Positions 58,786 to 64,000 of a stretch of DNA of 64,000 nt are shown piece after piece. A program made the translations under genes and the position numbers. Source of the DNA: Ranitomeya imitator (taxonomy: Eukaryota); the NCBI RefSeq assembly GCF_032444005.1, contig NC_091289.1, forward strand, positions 5,890,001 through 5,954,000, written 5' to 3'. How positions within the stretch are numbered: the first letter of the stretch is position 1; each line of letters starts with the position of its first letter. Under the pieces are notes generated by a model. That model did no database searches. It worked only from the letters and a program-made list of their open reading frames with translations, and was not told the DNA's origin.

Positions 58786-60162
58786 TCCACCACTACAGTC
58801 TCCTCAGACCACAGGGAAATCTGCAGTAGGATGTGGTGTAGAAGAGCAGTCATCACCCGCAGATTTGTCATCACCTGCAGAGCAGCCATAACTGGAGGAA
58901 AGACTAATGCGTATGTAGAAAGTGCACACCCGAGGTACAGAAAATATCTAAAACTACTTTATTATCACCAAAGCACAAACATGATTAAAAACATTTAAAA
59001 ACAATGCTAACACCCCATCCATGTGCAATAATACATGTATGTGACCCTAGGACATGATACCGTATCAACATAGGCGCTCATAATGGAAGAGCAATATGCA
59101 TGAATAATATAAACACCAAAAAGTTATCATAAGGTCACAACAATCCGGCCGTAAATAATAAAATAACAATCAATTACGTTAATCTTGTTGGCTGAGTGTA
59201 CAAACCATGGACCCTGGAGTGTGGGCGTCCCCACAGGTGTACGCTCCGTGTCTGCAGAAGGGGGTCACATACTGTGACAGGAGGCCGTCCGGAGCCCCTC
59301 ATGGGTGCAAGATCGCACTATACAGATTGCAACAAGAGCGCAGAAAAAACAAAGTTATTATCCCATAATGAATACCTGCAATGTAGAGCCAGGTGGTGAT
59401 CACAGGGGAGAGCCCATGTAAATAGCTAGAGGGTCCCGATAATGGCAGCAGGGGGCCCCTGGATGAAGGGAGCGAGATGGACGGCGTGGATGGCTGGGAG
59501 TGTGGCAGAGCCCACCACTTGTGTCACGGCCGTGGCTTTGTCAGGATTGTTCAGTCCCTGCGGCAGCGGCTCCGTCACATGCAGGACGTCTCTCACAGAC
59601 ACTTTTTTATTCCCAGGAGCCTCAGACTCTGATTCATTTGCATTTTTTAAGTCCCTTTTCTTTTCCATCTTGTATTTGTTGCCATTTTTGTGCCAGTTCT
59701 TCACCTTAGTGCAGTTGCTTTTTGAATTTTGTTCAAATTTTTTTTTTTTTTAATGCTTTTTATTTTTGCCTCTAACTTTTTATTGTGACTTTTTAAGGCA
59801 AAAACTTGCATGCTTTGCTAAAATGTTGTAATATTTGCACCAAAAAATCTGACAAACATAAAATCACTCCGAGGAGGATGGAGAATATTTGCTCCGAAAT
59901 GTTGTGACTCTTTAAAAAGTCACAAGTGAATCAACCAAAAAACATCTGGGCAACAAAACCGCCCCCACATCAGCGAAGATGGAAACAGGAAAACGTAAAA
60001 TAAACTTGCAGTAAAGAATCGGACCCTGAGAGGCGATCCCCCTCCCCGCACTCTCCCACCATCAGATCCCAACACCTGAAACAGCAACACAAAGAGAAAC
60101 GTTCAGCAAGAAACCGAGTAATGATAATGTAACATCGCAATGTAGCAGAAGCAGAAGAAACA

Positions 60163-60420
60163 TTTATTTTTTTACTTATTTATATAGCACCATTAATTCC
60201 GCAGCTTTACAGACATTATCATCACAGTCCCAATGGGGCTCACAATCTACTATTCCTTATGAGTATGTCTCTGGAATGTGGGAGGAAACTGGAGAGCCCG
60301 GAGGAAACCCACGCAAACACGGGGAGAACATACAAACTCCTTGCAGATGTTGTCCTTGGAGGGATTTGAACCCAGGACCCCAGCGCTGCAAGGCTGCAAT
60401 GCTAACCACTGAGCCACCAT
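60163..60420 (-). mobile_element. tRNA-derived V-SINE-type SINE (second copy)
   Basis: Same family as 55715-55994 on the minus strand. Perfect B-box GTTCAAATC (60371-60363) and tail ...gctatataaataag. Confidence 0.88.
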
Positions 60421-61195
60421 ACAGTGCTAACCACTGAGCCACCGTACAGTGCTAACCACTGAGCCACCGTACAGTGCTAATCACTGAGCCACCGTACAGT
60501 GCTAATCACTGAGCCACCGTACAGTGCTAACCACTGAGCCACCATACAGTGCGAACCACTGAGCCACCATACAGTGCTAACCACTGAGCCACCGTACAGT
60601 GCTAATCACTGAGCCACCATACAGTGCTAACCACTGAGCCACCATACAGTGCTAACCACTGAGCCACCATACAGTGCTAATCACTAAGCCACCGTACAGT
60701 GCTAACCACTGAGCCACCGTACAGTGCTAACCACTGAGCCACCATACAGTGCTAATCACTGAGCCACCGTACAGTGCTAACCACTGAGCCACCACACAGT
60801 GCTAATCACTGAGCCACCATACAGTGCTAATCACTGAGCCACCATACAGTGCTAACCACTGAGCCACCATACAGTGCTAATCACTGAGCCACCATACAGT
60901 GCTAATCACTGAGCCACCGTACAGTGCTAACCACTGAGCCACCGTACAGTGCTAACCACTGAGCCACCATACAGTGCTAATCACTGAGCCACCATACAGT
61001 GCTAATCACTGAGCCACCATACAGTGCTAACCACTGAGCCACCATACAGTGCTAATCACTGAGCCACCATACAGTGCTAACCACTGAGCCACCGTATAGT
61101 GCTAACCACTGAGCCACCGTACAGTGCTAACCACTGAGCCACCGTACAGTGCTAACCACTGAGCCACCATACAGTGCTAAGCACTGAGCCACCAC
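60400..61195. repeat. 25-bp minisatellite derived from the SINE 5' end/A-box (~31 units)
   Basis: Unit acagtgctaa(c/t)cactgagccacc(a/g)t, which reads ...ggtggctcagtg(g/a)ttagcactgt on the minus strand. Confidence 0.95.
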
Positions 61196-61196
61196 A

Positions 61197-61725
61197 CTGC
61201 CACGGGCCGGGTGACCCTCCATCTCCCTGTGCCACGGGCCGGCTGACCCTCCATCTCCCTGTGCCACTAGCAGGCTGACCCTCCATTTCCCTGTGCCACG
61301 GGCCGGCTGACCCTCCATATCCCTGTGCCACAGGCTGGCTGACCCTCCATTTCCCTGTGCCACTGGCTGACTGATCCTCCATCTCCCTGTGCCATGGGCC
61401 GGCTGACCCTCCATCTCCATCCCACTGGCCGGCTGACCCTCCATCTCCCTGTCTCACTGGCCAGCTGACCCTCCATCTCCCTGACCCACTGGACAGCTGA
61501 CCCTCCATCTCCCTGTCCCACTGGCCGGCTGACCCTCCATCTCCCTGTCTCACTGGCCAGCTGACCCTCCATCTCCCTGTCCCACGGGCCGGCTGACCCT
61601 CCATCTCCCTGTCCCACGGGCCGGCTGACCCTCCATCTCCCTGTCCCACGGGCCTGCTGACCCTCCATCTCCCTGTCCCACGGGTCGGCTGACCTCCATC
61701 TCCCTGTGCCACTGACCCTCCATCT
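61197..61725. repeat. ~32-bp minisatellite (~16 units)
   Basis: Unit gccacgggccggctgaccctccatctccctgt. Confidence 0.93.
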
Positions 61726-64000
61726 GCGCTGGGCTGCAGTCTCTCTCATCAGTGGCTGTCTCACCTGCCTGATCTACTCTCAGTTGGGCTGTCAGACTGT
61801 CGCCGCCGGTCTCCCCGTCTCAGGCTGCCTCCTGCTTGGGAACGTGACCTTAGGTGGGAATGGGGCACAGTTCACCTGCTGAACCTCCCTCCTAGCACCA
61901 AGCCTGGTGCCTTCATGTCGCTCTTCCCCTCCAGAGCATCGGGGTGCAAAGTTTAGCACCAGCCTGCTCCCCCGCTGACCTGGCACCCCGTCCCACCTGT
62001 CCCCTCCCCCATATGGCCGGTGCACGGGTCCTGTAACCGGCCTCATCATTACTGACCAGATCCTTACGGTCGCAGGTCTGCTACTTTAGAGTTTGCAGCC
62101 AAAAGTGGATCCAGAAGGATCTGGAGAGAATATGGAACATAATAAATATGGTGAGAGGCGACAATGGCGATTTCAGTCATCACGGAATGTAACGCTGATC
62201 CCGAGGCCTCGGCTTGCCTCTCCTAATCCATCTCGTCTTTGCTTTTTCTTGGGAACATTTTATGGGTCAAGTTGGTTCTTTTCACTTCTCGTTCTCAGGT
62301 CAAGTTTAACAATGTAACAAGATGTTACGTGAGCGAAATCTGCAGGAGAGATCTGATCCGTGAGAGCCGAGGAGGAAGAAAAGGAGGATAAAGCCTGAAT
62401 GGCGGAGGGCGGGAAACGTGAGAGGCCGCGTCTTACACAAGGGGCTCGAGCACCTGGCGGCTCACACACCGGGCGGATCCAGAACTCGCAGGATCACGTG
62501 TCTGCAGTTCTAGAGATCTCACTCAGATTTACACAAAGAGGAATAACCGGTCAGAAATCTACAGAGACGGCTCCATCTACAGGATTCAATGTTAATTCAC
62601 GCTCTGAACCATCCGCAATAGATCATTCCGTGCACAAACTGTTTACACGGGACGATGTGCTGCCGAGAATGATGATCAATACAAGGTGTCTCCCATGCAG
62701 ACTTGGTGCGGCCCCTCCACTAGGCCACCGCAGCTGCTCGGGGGTCTGACATTGGCTGCGGTGGTGATGTCACATGTGGCATCCAATCAGTGAGCTCTGC
62801 CAGCTGGGACGGACCACCCCTGCAGAGCTGCTACGCCCCCTGATTGGTGACATCAGCGCCAGCATCCACCTCAGCAGACCCTGAGCCAGCAGCGATGACT
62901 GGGAGATTTCAGCTCTGAAGCTGCGGACATTACAGCTGCTCTGGGATCATTGCCGTTAATGTTCTGTGCCGATGTATGACAGCGCTCGTCGCTCCCCGCT
63001 CCCTCCTCTGGTGCCGCCATATCCGGGTTCTCGGGTGTTTTCTATCTTCTACGCCTTGGGGCAGATCTTATAAAGTACACAATGACTGACACGGGGAAAA
63101 ACTACAACCACCATCATGGATAGCAGCGTCTCATGATGGCAGCACAGTCACAAGCGTATTGACATTTCCCGCTACAGTTACATGTAAAGTGGAACGCCAG
63201 AAAGATAAAGGTTCCCACGTGAACGAAGTCTCAGATACCAGCAGTCATTCTATAAATTATTCTTTTTATATATTTATGGAAACTGTCAACAAGTTGCTGT
63301 TAATCTACAATCAATTACGATATTTGGTCATCATAAACTAATGATATGTTAATGAGTATCAGGAATTTGTTAACAAACCACACCTGGAATGAAAATGAAG
63401 CAATAATGGGATCTGTCAACAGCACCGGCCTACTTGTTTATGGTTTCCAGATAGAGTCTTAAACAAATGTGACACTGCTTATGTCTTGTTACATTTTCTG
63501 ACAGTTTCACCAATATTAATGACAGGAGGAGCATCGCTTCGACCTAATATATGACGTGCAGTGGCGGTCTCGGCTGCTGGGAGTTGTAGTCACAGGCGTC
63601 ACCATTTCAGGCACCATGGGCAGAATGTGGGCGCTGGTTATGGTGGTCTGTTCACACTGTAACAGAAAAGTATCAAACTCATCACAACAGCCACGAAGAT
63701 CACAGACTGTAAGGGGTTAACATTGGGGTCCTGGGTTTTCACACATCCACATTGCTCCACCAGTGGGTTCCCTCTTCCTCAACTGCTAAAATGATGCAAA
63801 CATTTCTGGTTTTGCAATTTGGACAGTTGTGTTGAGTTCTTGCTAAAAAGAACTGAACTCCCCACGAATAAAAAAAAACGACAACTGTCCACAGGCAGAG
63901 GCGGCGGGTCACCGGCAAAGTGGGCCGCACCGGCCACAGATCACTGCTGTCACCGTGGACCCATTTTGGCCATTCCCAATACTATCTCCAGCCTAGGGGA

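Noticed and set aside
56930-58998. 650-aa ORFs over the 31-bp array, and similar ORFs at 27333-28443 and 61127-61764
   Set aside because: Pure tandem-repeat translations open in several frames.
62870-63020. Minus-strand ATGGCGGCA (MAAP...) as the start of POC1A, the human neighbour of ALAS1
   Set aside because: Short ORF with no WD40 sequence or following exon, and on the wrong strand for the divergent arrangement.

Overview
Vertebrate genomic DNA, inferred to be frog from its repeat families. About 40% of the window is tandem repeat, which accounts for almost all the long ORFs in the track. The real host genes are: the terminal coding exon of a fibulin-2-like gene (+); a compact, intron-containing BORCS6/lyspersin-like gene (+); BRK1 (-, 3 exons, 75 aa); and ALAS1 (-, 10 coding exons, 615 aa). 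A recent tandem duplication (~2.8-13.8 kb repeated at 13.8-22.6 kb) copies the fibulin last exon and the BORCS6-like promoter/exon 1. The most unusual object is a 5.5-kb Ngaro-type tyrosine-recombinase retroelement (33560-39094, -) sitting in a 41-bp satellite. It has complete split direct repeats (A1-ORFs-B1-A2-B2) but no reverse transcriptase/RNase H. Its Gag is fused in frame to an intact tyrosine recombinase (1278 aa), followed by an intact SGNH-hydrolase ORF that appears reachable by splicing. Other mobile elements are CR1 and L2 LINE 3' ends, two V-SINE-type SINEs, a decayed Tc1, and hAT, Harbinger and foldback MITEs. Several minisatellites appear to amplify functional-looking motifs (CTCF-like site, Pol III A-box). 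A DMRT/Doublesex-like 13-bp palindrome is strongly over-represented.
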